Assembly (NCBI GenBank): GCA_018644725.1
Contig: JABGPZ010000069.1
Coordinates: 19,055-83,054 of the forward strand
Source: Phycisphaerales bacterium
GTDB lineage: Bacteria; Planctomycetota; Phycisphaerae; SM23-33
Reading direction: 5' to 3'
DNA: 64,000 nt
This document shows, in pieces, positions 20,179 to 28,630 of the stretch. The stretch's first letter is position 1. Every line of letters starts with the position of its first letter. The notes below the pieces were generated by a model. It saw nothing but the letters and a program-made list of their open reading frames with translations. It was not told the origin of the DNA and did no database searches. A program made the translations under genes and the position numbers.

Positions 20179-20598
20179 TTATGGTTTGGATTCGGGGTCG
20201 AGTTGGAGCTGCATCGATTCGGGGATCGGTGCAAGCGCGCCCGCAGAATCGATGCACGCGAGGGTGGTCTTGGCGGTTGCGATCGTTACGCCCGTTTCTT
20301 TGTGGCGCAGATGATAGTCGTGTTCGATCCGGCAGGTTTTCTGCCGAGTGATGGTCGTCTCAAGCTCCAGCACATCGTCATAGCGCGCCGGCGAGCGATA
20401 GTCCGCACTGCAGCGCACCACCACAAACAGGACCCCTTTGGCCTCAAGGTCCGCATAGCGGATTCCCTGCTTGCGGAGCAACTCCGTGCGCCCCATTTCA
20501 AAGTAAACCCAATAGCGGCTGTGATGTAGCGCACCCATTTGGTCCACCTCCGCATAGCGGACGCGAATTTCGATCGTGTCAGAGACAATTGTGTTCAT
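20179..20598 (-). CDS. Acyl-CoA thioesterase, 4HBT/YbgC family (hotdog fold)
   Basis: IEIRVRYAEVDQMGALHHSRYWVYFEMGRTELL is typical of YbgC-like thioesterases. 139 aa. Confidence 0.7.
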   Translation of the reverse strand: MNTIVSDTIEIRVRYAEVDQMGALHHSRYWVYFEMGRTELLRKQGIRYADLEAKGVLFVVVRCSADYRSPARYDDVLELETTITRQKTCRIEHDYHLRHKETGVTIATAKTTLACIDSAGALAPIPESMQLQLDPESKP

Positions 20599-20685
20599 GA
20601 AGTTCTCGTGGTCAAATGTTTGCTCACTGCAACGCGAGCGATGGAATCATTTTATCAGAAAACAGGGGAGGGAAAAGGTTTTTTC

Positions 20686-20730
20686 TTGACTTTTTGAAAC
20701 TAATGATTCAAATAGATATTTGAAACGGAT
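20686..20730. promoter_or_regulatory. Candidate TetR operator in the divergent promoter region
   Basis: Inverted repeat TTTGAA-n8-TTCAAA plus a second TTTGAAAC copy, 30-70 nt upstream of the tetR-family gene. Confidence 0.3.
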
Positions 20731-20759
20731 TTCATCAGACCTTTATCGGGAGGAACCTC

Positions 20760-21383
20760 ATGAGCGAACCTAAATCGAAACAACCCACCAAGCAACGTCT
20801 CCTTCAGGCGGCGTGTGAAGTGTTTGCCGAGAACGGCTATCGCGGCGCGACGGTGGCGGAAATTTGCAAACGGGCCGAAGCGAACATTGCGGCGGTGAAC
20901 TATCATTTCGGGGACAAAGAGCGGTTGTATATTGCGGCCTGGCGCAGAGCGCTGGATGTGGCGATTGAGAAATATCCTCTTGATGGTGGTGTGCCACACG
21001 ACGCGCCGCCCGAAGAGCGCTTGCATGGCCGAATTGAATCGTTGATTCGCAAGACGATGGACGAGGGCGAAGTTGGGCATATGATGCGCTTTTTGGTCGC
21101 GGAAATTTCCATGCCTTCGGGGAAGGTTCTCGAAGCATTGACCGAGACGGTTCAGCCGCTTCGTCGGACCATGCTGGAGTTGGTTCGCGAGTTGGCGGGC
21201 GAGGAGATGAGCGATCAGGATGTGGTTATTATCAGCACCAGTATCTACAACATTTGCAGCGGGCTGGTTCTTCGCCCGGAGATGCGGAAAAACTTTTTCG
21301 GGAAAGTGGGCATCGACCAAGACATGATTATCGACACGGCCACGCGGCTGGTGCTGGGCGGGATCAAGGAGATGTGCAAGTGA
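20760..21383 (+). CDS. TetR/AcrR family transcriptional regulator
   Basis: N-terminal HTH (RLLQAACEVFAENGYRGATVAEICKRAEANIAAVNYHFGDKERLY). GGGAGGAAC SD. Sits directly upstream of an RND efflux operon. Confidence 0.85.
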   Translation: MSEPKSKQPTKQRLLQAACEVFAENGYRGATVAEICKRAEANIAAVNYHFGDKERLYIAAWRRALDVAIEKYPLDGGVPHDAPPEERLHGRIESLIRKTMDEGEVGHMMRFLVAEISMPSGKVLEALTETVQPLRRTMLELVRELAGEEMSDQDVVIISTSIYNICSGLVLRPEMRKNFFGKVGIDQDMIIDTATRLVLGGIKEMCK

Positions 21384-22795
21384 GATTGAGTTCTCTCATT
21401 TTGTGTGGATTGCTTTTGATGGGGGGCTGCTGGAGTCCGTCATCGGACGTGGTGTCGCAGAACCCGTCTCCTACAGCGGGAGCTGCAAAGGCCCAGTGCA
21501 ATTGGGTCCGCAGTTTCAACGACCCGGAGCTGGAGAAGTTGGTTGCTCTGGCGATCGGAAAAAATTTCACCCTGCGCAGTGCGTGGTCGCGACTGGCTCA
21601 GGCGCGGGCGCTGGCTCGCAAGGCCGGTAGCGAGCAGGGGGTGATTCTCAATGGGACCGTTGGCGCGTCGCGAGGCATTTCCCGGATGGACACGCCCGCT
21701 GGCCGGAATACGGTCAGTGCGTCGAAGGTTTCGTTGGGGCTGGCGGCGAGTTATGAAGTGGATGTGTGGGGCCGTGTTGCGGCAACCGTCGAGGCCGCCG
21801 AGCGGGATGTCGAGGCCAGCGAACAGGATTTGCGTGCGGCTGCGATTACGCTTTCGGCTGACGTGGCGTTGACGTGGTATCGCCTGATCGAGCAGACTCA
21901 GCAGCTTGGGTTGCTCGACGCTCAAGTCAAAACAAACCAGGATTCACTCGATTTGATCACCCTGCGGTTTCGCAGTGGTCAGATCGGCGGGACCGATGTT
22001 CTCCAGCAGAAACAGACCCTCGAGCGCACTCGCGGTGATCGCGAGGCGGTGCGCGCGGCGATTAAGACCTATCGCCATCAGCTCGCTGTGCTGACCGGCC
22101 AACCTCCCACGGCCAAGCTGGGTGTGGCCGCGAAGGCGCTCCCGACGATCGCACCGCTACCGCCGGGGGGGATGCCATCGGGCTCTCTCACGCGGCGTCC
22201 AGATTTGCGCGCGGCCGAGCGGAGTGTCGCCGCAGCCGACCGACGTGTTGCGGCGGCGATGGCCGACCGTTTCCCGAAGATCAGCCTGACGATGAACGCT
22301 TCGACCGATGCCGAGCGCATCCGCGATTTGTTCGATAACTGGGCAGCGAATCTTGCGGCGAATCTGATCGCACCGATTCTTGATGGTGGCCGTCGCGAGG
22401 CCGAGGTCGACCGCACCATGGCCGTACTCGAAGAACGCGTGAATCTGTATGGCGCCAAAACGCTCGGCGCCTTGCGCGAAGTCGAAGATGCCCTCGTCCG
22501 TGAACAGCATCAGGACGATTACCTCAAAAGTTTATCCGAGCAGTTGCGCCTCTCGAAGCGGGCCACCGCCGACATTCGCGAAAACTACCTCAAGGGCGCC
22601 GAGACGTTCCTGCGCTATCTCACGACCCTGTTGCAGCATCAGGAACTCCAGCGGCGCGTATTGCGCTCGGAATTGCAGAAGATTGAATTTCGCATCGCGC
22701 TTCACCGTGCGATCAGCGGCGGCTGGGAGCTGACTTCTCCCGCGGCCGACCCGACACCTCCCACCAACCCTACAACGGAATCGAAATTGAAATGA
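21380..22795 (+). CDS. RND efflux outer-membrane factor lipoprotein (NodT/TolC family)
   Basis: GTG start overlapping the tetR stop (GTGA). Lipoprotein signal VRLSSLILCGLLLMGGC. Two-repeat OMF architecture. AAGGAGA lies 7 nt upstream. Confidence 0.75.
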   Translation: MRLSSLILCGLLLMGGCWSPSSDVVSQNPSPTAGAAKAQCNWVRSFNDPELEKLVALAIGKNFTLRSAWSRLAQARALARKAGSEQGVILNGTVGASRGISRMDTPAGRNTVSASKVSLGLAASYEVDVWGRVAATVEAAERDVEASEQDLRAAAITLSADVALTWYRLIEQTQQLGLLDAQVKTNQDSLDLITLRFRSGQIGGTDVLQQKQTLERTRGDREAVRAAIKTYRHQLAVLTGQPPTAKLGVAAKALPTIAPLPPGGMPSGSLTRRPDLRAAERSVAAADRRVAAAMADRFPKISLTMNASTDAERIRDLFDNWAANLAANLIAPILDGGRREAEVDRTMAVLEERVNLYGAKTLGALREVEDALVREQHQDDYLKSLSEQLRLSKRATADIRENYLKGAETFLRYLTTLLQHQELQRRVLRSELQKIEFRIALHRAISGGWELTSPAADPTPPTNPTTESKLK

Positions 22796-24117
22796 AAGAG
22801 ACATCGTCCCATCCTCCCAGTTTTGCTACGGTTCTGATTCGCCTGCTCCTCGTCGCCATCATTGTCCTCGGCGGAGTTCTGGTGGCCAAGCGGTTTATCG
22901 ACTCCAAGCAAGCGCCCAAGCGCAAGCAGCGCGAAGCCGACGTGCGCCTCGTCGAGGTGATGACCATCGCCACCCAACAAGCGACCGTGACCCTGCCGGC
23001 GATGGGGCTGGTGGCGGAAGCGGAAGAAATCGACCTCACCTCGCAAGTCGAGGGTAAGCTGCTGAGCGTGTCCCCGTCGTTGGTGGCGGGGGGGCTTCTT
23101 CGCACGGGTGAGGAAGTGGCGCGAGTGGACCCGGCCGACTATACATTGATCATTGCACAGCGCGAAAGCGACGTCGCGCGTGCCGAACGGGCGCTCAAGG
23201 CCGAGCAGGGCCACCAGCGCATCGCTCAACGCGAATATGAAATGCTCAAGGAACACCTCAAAGACGAAGATCGCGAACTGGTGTTGCGAATGCCTCAACT
23301 CAAAGAAGCCCGCGAAGCGCTCAAGGCCGCGCAGTCTCGCCTGGCCGACGCCAAGCTGGATGTGGCGCGCACGACGATCACCAGCCCCTGCAACGCGGTC
23401 GTCCGGAGCGAATCGGTCGGCGTGGGGACACTGGTGCGGAATGGCACGGTGCTCGCCAAGCTGGGGGATTCGGATGTCTATTGGGTGCTGGTGAGCATGC
23501 CGGTGGACGAGTTGCGCTTTATTTCCGTGCCGGGATTCAACGCGCCCAAGGGTGCGACGGGTTCGGAGGTCCGCGTGGAATATGATGCGGGCTGGGGCAA
23601 AGGAAAGTATCGCCTCGGCCGCGTGAGTCACCTTCTGGGAGAGCTGGAACCCAAGGGGCGCATGGCGCGTCTGGTGGTGACGGTCAACGATCCGCGCTGT
23701 CTGCAACCCGAAAACAAGGACAAGCCGCAACTGCTGCTCCGTGCCTATGTGCGAGTAAAAATCACCGGAAACACACTGCCAAATGTTGTGCGTTTGCCGC
23801 GACGAGTGCTGCGCGAGAACAATACGGTCTGGCTGGTGTCTGACAACAAATTGCGAATCGTTCGCATTCAACCGATTTTCAAAACTCGGGATGAGGTGTG
23901 GATTGTTGCGCGCGAGGGAGGCGAGCCGATTTCGGCCGATCCAATGAAGGGGGTCTGGGTTCCTGATTCATCGCAGCCGCCTGCGCGCGTGGTTGTGACG
24001 AACCTTTCGGCCCCGGTTGACGGGATGCCGCTGCGTGTGGAGGGAGAGGAGCCCAAGGCCAAGACCCCCTCCGCCAAACCTGCTCCCGCGGCCAAGCCTG
24101 CACGGAGTGAGCAATGA
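22792..24117 (+). CDS. RND efflux periplasmic adaptor (membrane fusion protein, HlyD family)
   Basis: ATGA overlap with the OMF gene. N-terminal TM anchor, coiled-coil hairpin (EAREALKAAQSRLADAKLDVARTTITSP), beta-barrel/MP domains. Confidence 0.8.
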   Translation: MKETSSHPPSFATVLIRLLLVAIIVLGGVLVAKRFIDSKQAPKRKQREADVRLVEVMTIATQQATVTLPAMGLVAEAEEIDLTSQVEGKLLSVSPSLVAGGLLRTGEEVARVDPADYTLIIAQRESDVARAERALKAEQGHQRIAQREYEMLKEHLKDEDRELVLRMPQLKEAREALKAAQSRLADAKLDVARTTITSPCNAVVRSESVGVGTLVRNGTVLAKLGDSDVYWVLVSMPVDELRFISVPGFNAPKGATGSEVRVEYDAGWGKGKYRLGRVSHLLGELEPKGRMARLVVTVNDPRCLQPENKDKPQLLLRAYVRVKITGNTLPNVVRLPRRVLRENNTVWLVSDNKLRIVRIQPIFKTRDEVWIVAREGGEPISADPMKGVWVPDSSQPPARVVVTNLSAPVDGMPLRVEGEEPKAKTPSAKPAPAAKPARSEQ

Positions 24118-27100
24118 GCGACGAGCTGCACAAGTTGTCGCGAAGTGACCGGCGCGGGGCGGTGTCCTGGATGGCGGGGCACTCTGTCGCTGCCAACCTG
24201 GTCATGCTGATCTGTCTGATCGGTGGGCTTTTCATGGCCAATAAGGTCAAGCAGGAAGTGTTCCCGGATGTGACGATGGATGTGGTTCGCGTGACCGTTC
24301 CGTTTCCCGCCTCGGTCCCCGCAGACGTGGAAAAGGGGATTCTCGAACCGATTGAAAATGCCGTCAAGGGTCTCGATGGTGTCAAGAAAATCACGTCCAC
24401 TGCCCGCGAGGGCTCGGGCGAAGTGATGATTGAGATGGAGGTTGGCGAGGATCTGCAAAAGTTGCTCCAGGATGTCAAGAACGAGGTAGACCGGATTCGG
24501 ACGTTCCCACCTGCGGCCGAGCGCCCGCGAGTGTCGGTGATGTCCCGGCGGCGACCTGCGATGTCGATTGCACTGTATGGGGACGCGTCGGAAAAAGTAT
24601 TGCGCGAGCTTGCCGAGTCGTTCCGGGACGAGCTTCAGCTTCACAAAGATATTACCCAGGTCGAACTCGAAGGGGTGCGCGGGGTTGAAATTTCCATCGA
24701 AGTGCCGCAGGAAAATCAGCGGACCTATAAAATGACCCTCGAGGACATCGCCCGTCAGCTTCGCGGCGCGTCGGTCGACTTGACGGGCGGGAGCATCAAA
24801 ACGCGCGGTGGCGAGTTCTTGGTGCGGATGAAAGAACGCCGCGATTATGGGCTGGAATTTGAGCAGCTTCCGGTGATTACCACCACCGACGGGTCGCAGG
24901 TGTTGCTGGAGAAAATCGCAACCGTGGAGGATACGTTTGAGGACGTAGACAGTCATGCGACCTATAACGGCAAGCGCGCGGTGATGCTGCGTGTCCAGCG
25001 CGTTGGTGAGCAGACGCCGATCGAGGTGACCGATGCCGCGCGTGAGGTGATCGAAAAGTTGCGGCTGCCACCTGGGGTGAATGTGGCGGTGGTGAACGAT
25101 TGGAGCAAGATTTATCGCCAGCGGTTGGAGATGCTGATGCGCAACGGCGCGTTGGGTCTGGTGCTGGTTCTGTGTGTGCTGGGATTGTTTCTCGAAGTGC
25201 GCCTCGCGTTTTGGGTGATGCTGGGGATTCCGATTTCCTTTGCCGGATCGCTTTTGATTTTGCCGATGCTCGGCGTATCGATCAACATGGTGTCGATGTT
25301 CGCGTACATCATTGCGCTGGGGATTGTGGTGGACGACGCGATTGTGGTCGGCGAAAATATCTATCATCACCATCAGAGCGGCAAGCCATTTCTCAAGGCG
25401 GCCATTTTGGGTACGCGCGAAGTGGCCATGCCGGTGACGTTCAGCATTCTCACGAATATCGTGACGTTTGTGCCGCTGGCGATGGTGCCCGGGCCGATGG
25501 GAAAAATTTTCTACTGCATCCCGGCCGTGGTCGTGACGGTGTTCCTGATCTCGCTTGCCGAATCCCTGTTCGTACTCCCCGCGCACCTCGGTCACCAACA
25601 AGACCGCCGCCGCTGGGGGCTCATGGCATGGATTCACGCCCGCCAACAAGCCTTCAGCCACGGTGTGCGCAATTTTATCCGCAAGGTCTATTCCCCGTTT
25701 TTGCATTGGACGCTCACGCACCGCTATATCACCATTTCCGTAAGCCTCGCCGTGTTGATCTCGGTCATCGGCTTTATTATGAGCGGACGAATGGGCATGG
25801 AGTTGTTCCCCAAGGTCGAGGCCGACTTCGCTCAGTGCACGGTGACGCTGCCCTATGGCGTGAGCATCGAATCCACCGACGCGGTCGCCAAGCGCCTTCT
25901 CGATGGCGCGCAGGAGGTCATTGGCGAAACCAAACGCCCCGAGCTGCTTAAGGGAGTCTATGCCAATGTCGGCAAGGGCGGCAATCACAATTTGAAGGTC
26001 CAGGTGTACTTGGCCGATCCGGAAATTCGAAACGGCATTATGAGTACGGACGAATTTACCAATCGCTGGCGCAAGGTGGTGGGTGAAATCCCCGGCCTGG
26101 AGTCGATGCGATATGAATCGGACGCGGGCGGGCCTGGCAGCGGCGCGGCGATCACTGTGGAGCTGAGCCACCGCCGGATGGAAGTTCTCGACACTGCCAG
26201 CCGGGATCTGGCGGATACGCTGGCGGGATATCCGCTGTGCCGTGACGTCAACGATGGTTATCAGCCTGGCAAGCGCCAGTACGAATACAGTGTCAACGCC
26301 GAGGGCGAGAGTCTCGGGCTTAACGCCGATGAGATTTCCCGCCAGCAGCGCCACGCGTTTTATGGCTGTGAGGTCAAGCGCCAGCAACGCGGCCGGGACG
26401 AGGTCAAGATTATGGTCCGCCGTCCCAAGGCCGAGCGCGTCAGCGAGTATGATCTGGAGCAGATGATGCTGTGGCCCCCCGGGGGCGGCGAGGGTGTGAT
26501 GCTGCGCGAAGTGGCGACGCCTCGGCCGGGGAGGGCGCATACGACGATTGAGCGACGCCAGGGCCGACGGCGCGTGAATGTGACGGCCGACGTCGTTCCG
26601 CGGAGCGAGGCGGGGAAAATTCTCGACGATATGAAAGAAAAAATCCTCCCCAAGCTCGTCGCCGACTATCCCGGCCTGCAGTACAGCTTCGAGGGCAAGC
26701 AGGCCGACATGCGCGAGTCGATGGAGTCGCTGATGGTTACATTCCCCATCGCAATGCTGGTGATTTATGCGCTGTTGGCGATCCCGTTCCGCAGCTATAC
26801 CCAGCCGCTGGTGGTGATGGTGTCGATTCCGTTCGGTATCGTCGGCGCGGTGCTTGGCCACGTTGTGATGGGCTATTCGCTGTCCATGATTTCGATGTTC
26901 GGCATCGTCGCGCTTTCGGGTGTGGTCGTCAACGATTCGCTGGTGTTGATCGAATTTGCCAACCGGCGCGTGCTTGGCGGGCAGACCCGGTTCGATGCCG
27001 TCCGCGAGGCGGGCGTTCAGCGTTTCCGTGCGATTATCCTCACGACGCTGACAACATTCTTCGGGCTGATGCCGATGATCTTCGAAACGTCTCGCCAGGC

Positions 27101-27248
27101 AAAGTTCCTGATCCCCATGGCGATCAGTCTGGGCTTCGGGATTTTGTTTGCGACGATCATCACGCTGGTGATCGTGCCGAGCCTGTACCTCGCCGTGGAA
27201 GACATGAAACGGTGCATGGGGGCGTTGCGCCGCGGAATTTGGCGGTAA
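24114..27248 (+). CDS. RND efflux permease (AcrB/HAE1 family, 1044 aa)
   Basis: ATGA overlap with the adaptor gene. 12-TM RND topology with two large periplasmic loops and conserved TM4 (IALGIVVDDAIVVGENI) and TM10 regions. Confidence 0.9.
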   Translation: MSDELHKLSRSDRRGAVSWMAGHSVAANLVMLICLIGGLFMANKVKQEVFPDVTMDVVRVTVPFPASVPADVEKGILEPIENAVKGLDGVKKITSTAREGSGEVMIEMEVGEDLQKLLQDVKNEVDRIRTFPPAAERPRVSVMSRRRPAMSIALYGDASEKVLRELAESFRDELQLHKDITQVELEGVRGVEISIEVPQENQRTYKMTLEDIARQLRGASVDLTGGSIKTRGGEFLVRMKERRDYGLEFEQLPVITTTDGSQVLLEKIATVEDTFEDVDSHATYNGKRAVMLRVQRVGEQTPIEVTDAAREVIEKLRLPPGVNVAVVNDWSKIYRQRLEMLMRNGALGLVLVLCVLGLFLEVRLAFWVMLGIPISFAGSLLILPMLGVSINMVSMFAYIIALGIVVDDAIVVGENIYHHHQSGKPFLKAAILGTREVAMPVTFSILTNIVTFVPLAMVPGPMGKIFYCIPAVVVTVFLISLAESLFVLPAHLGHQQDRRRWGLMAWIHARQQAFSHGVRNFIRKVYSPFLHWTLTHRYITISVSLAVLISVIGFIMSGRMGMELFPKVEADFAQCTVTLPYGVSIESTDAVAKRLLDGAQEVIGETKRPELLKGVYANVGKGGNHNLKVQVYLADPEIRNGIMSTDEFTNRWRKVVGEIPGLESMRYESDAGGPGSGAAITVELSHRRMEVLDTASRDLADTLAGYPLCRDVNDGYQPGKRQYEYSVNAEGESLGLNADEISRQQRHAFYGCEVKRQQRGRDEVKIMVRRPKAERVSEYDLEQMMLWPPGGGEGVMLREVATPRPGRAHTTIERRQGRRRVNVTADVVPRSEAGKILDDMKEKILPKLVADYPGLQYSFEGKQADMRESMESLMVTFPIAMLVIYALLAIPFRSYTQPLVVMVSIPFGIVGAVLGHVVMGYSLSMISMFGIVALSGVVVNDSLVLIEFANRRVLGGQTRFDAVREAGVQRFRAIILTTLTTFFGLMPMIFETSRQAKFLIPMAISLGFGILFATIITLVIVPSLYLAVEDMKRCMGALRRGIWR

Positions 27249-27290
27249 CACCGCTTGCGTCCAGAGCGGCGGGCGGGTAAGATAACGACC

Positions 27291-28016
27291 ATGGCTGACA
27301 CACTGAAATACAAACGTATTGTGCTCAAACTCTCGGGCGAATCACTCTCGCCAGCAGGGGAATTGGGCGTGGATCCAGCGACCGCCAAAGCTACGGCTGA
27401 ACGCCTGGCGCCGATTGCGGCCGCCGGTGTGCAAATGGGCATTGTGGTCGGTGCGGGGAATCTGGTCCGAGGCCGTCACATGGCCGACGATGCCGAAATC
27501 ATTCACCCGACCACGGCCGATTACATGGGCATGCTCGGGACGGTGATGAACGGGATTGCTCTGCGCGACAGCCTTGCTTCGTGCGGCGTGGAGGCGGTAG
27601 TCTTCAGCGCGTTTTCGGTCCCGCTGGTGTGCGATCTGTATCACCGCTCGCGCGTGATCGAAGCACTCGAAGCAGGCCAGGTCGCGATCTTTGTCGGCGG
27701 CACGAGCCACCCAGGCGTGACGACGGATATGTGCGCGGCGATTCGCGCCAACGACATCGATGCCGATGCGCTGCTCAAAGCCACCAAGGTCGACGGCGTG
27801 TACAGCGCCGACCCGCAGATTGATCCTGACGCGGAGCACTTCGAATCGATTTCCTATGACGACGTACTCGCGAAAAAGCTGGGGATCATGGACCTGCCGG
27901 CGATGGCGTTTTGCCGCGACCGGGCCATCACGACTCTGGTATTCAACATGAACGATCCAGCGGCGGTGCTGTCTGCGTGTCGCGGCGAGACCGTCGGCAC
28001 GGTCATTCGCACCTAG
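27291..28016 (+). CDS. pyrH: UMP kinase
   Basis: KRIVLKLSGESL...VVGAGNLVRG...FVGGTSHPGVTTD are classic PyrH motifs. Confidence 0.9.
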   Translation: MADTLKYKRIVLKLSGESLSPAGELGVDPATAKATAERLAPIAAAGVQMGIVVGAGNLVRGRHMADDAEIIHPTTADYMGMLGTVMNGIALRDSLASCGVEAVVFSAFSVPLVCDLYHRSRVIEALEAGQVAIFVGGTSHPGVTTDMCAAIRANDIDADALLKATKVDGVYSADPQIDPDAEHFESISYDDVLAKKLGIMDLPAMAFCRDRAITTLVFNMNDPAAVLSACRGETVGTVIRT

Positions 28017-28063
28017 CGGCCACAACATACAACTCTATCAACCCCAAGATGGTGAGGAATTCA

Positions 28064-28618
28064 ATGGACACTATTATGATGAGCGTAGAAGAAAAAATGG
28101 AAACCGGGCTGGAGTTTCTCAAGAAGGAATTCCGTTCGATTCGTACCGGCCGCGCGACGACCGCACTGGTCGACCACATCAAAGTGGAATACTATGGCAC
28201 TCCGACGGAACTGCGCCAGCTGGCAACCGTCAGTGTGCAGGAAGCGACGACCCTGCTGATCAAGCCCTTCGACCCGTCCTGCATCAAGGAAATCGAAAAG
28301 GCAATCCTCGCGTCCGAGCTCGGCATTACGCCCCAGGGCGATGGCAAGGTCGTGCGTTTGCAGGTGCCGCCACTGTCGATTGAGCGTCGCGACCAGCTCG
28401 CAATTCAGGTCAAAAAGATGTCCGAGGCCGCCCGCGTGACGGTGCGCAATGCCCGCCGCGATGGCAACAAGGAAATCGATGCCAAGCAAAAAGAAGGCGA
28501 TCTGACCGAAGACGACTCCCGCCGCGGCAAGGACGACATTCAGAAGCTCACCGACCGCTATGAAAAGAGCGTCACCGCAGTTGTCGATGCCAAAATTTCG
28601 GAAATCCAAGACAGCTAG
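28064..28618 (+). CDS. frr: Ribosome recycling factor
   Basis: About 184 aa; LEFLKKEFRSIRTGRATTALVDHIKVEYYG...IRNARRDGNKE. GAGGAA SD. The pyrH-frr linkage is conserved. Confidence 0.9.
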   Translation: MDTIMMSVEEKMETGLEFLKKEFRSIRTGRATTALVDHIKVEYYGTPTELRQLATVSVQEATTLLIKPFDPSCIKEIEKAILASELGITPQGDGKVVRLQVPPLSIERRDQLAIQVKKMSEAARVTVRNARRDGNKEIDAKQKEGDLTEDDSRRGKDDIQKLTDRYEKSVTAVVDAKISEIQDS

Positions 28619-28630
28619 GCGGGAGATTCT

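Noticed and set aside
23868-27251. Very long antisense ORFs from the six-frame track (1127 aa here; also 2889..4541, 6327..7829, 14463..15344, 15957..17126, 22702..23871, 46714..48102, 50784..52439, 54760..56175, 58256..60346, 60571..62151 and others)
   Set aside because: Each lies opposite a gene with strong family-specific motifs (RND permease, rpoD, dnaX, lysA, ilvB and others). The translated products are low-complexity Arg/Gly/Ala/His-rich, as expected for stop-codon-poor antisense frames in high-GC DNA.
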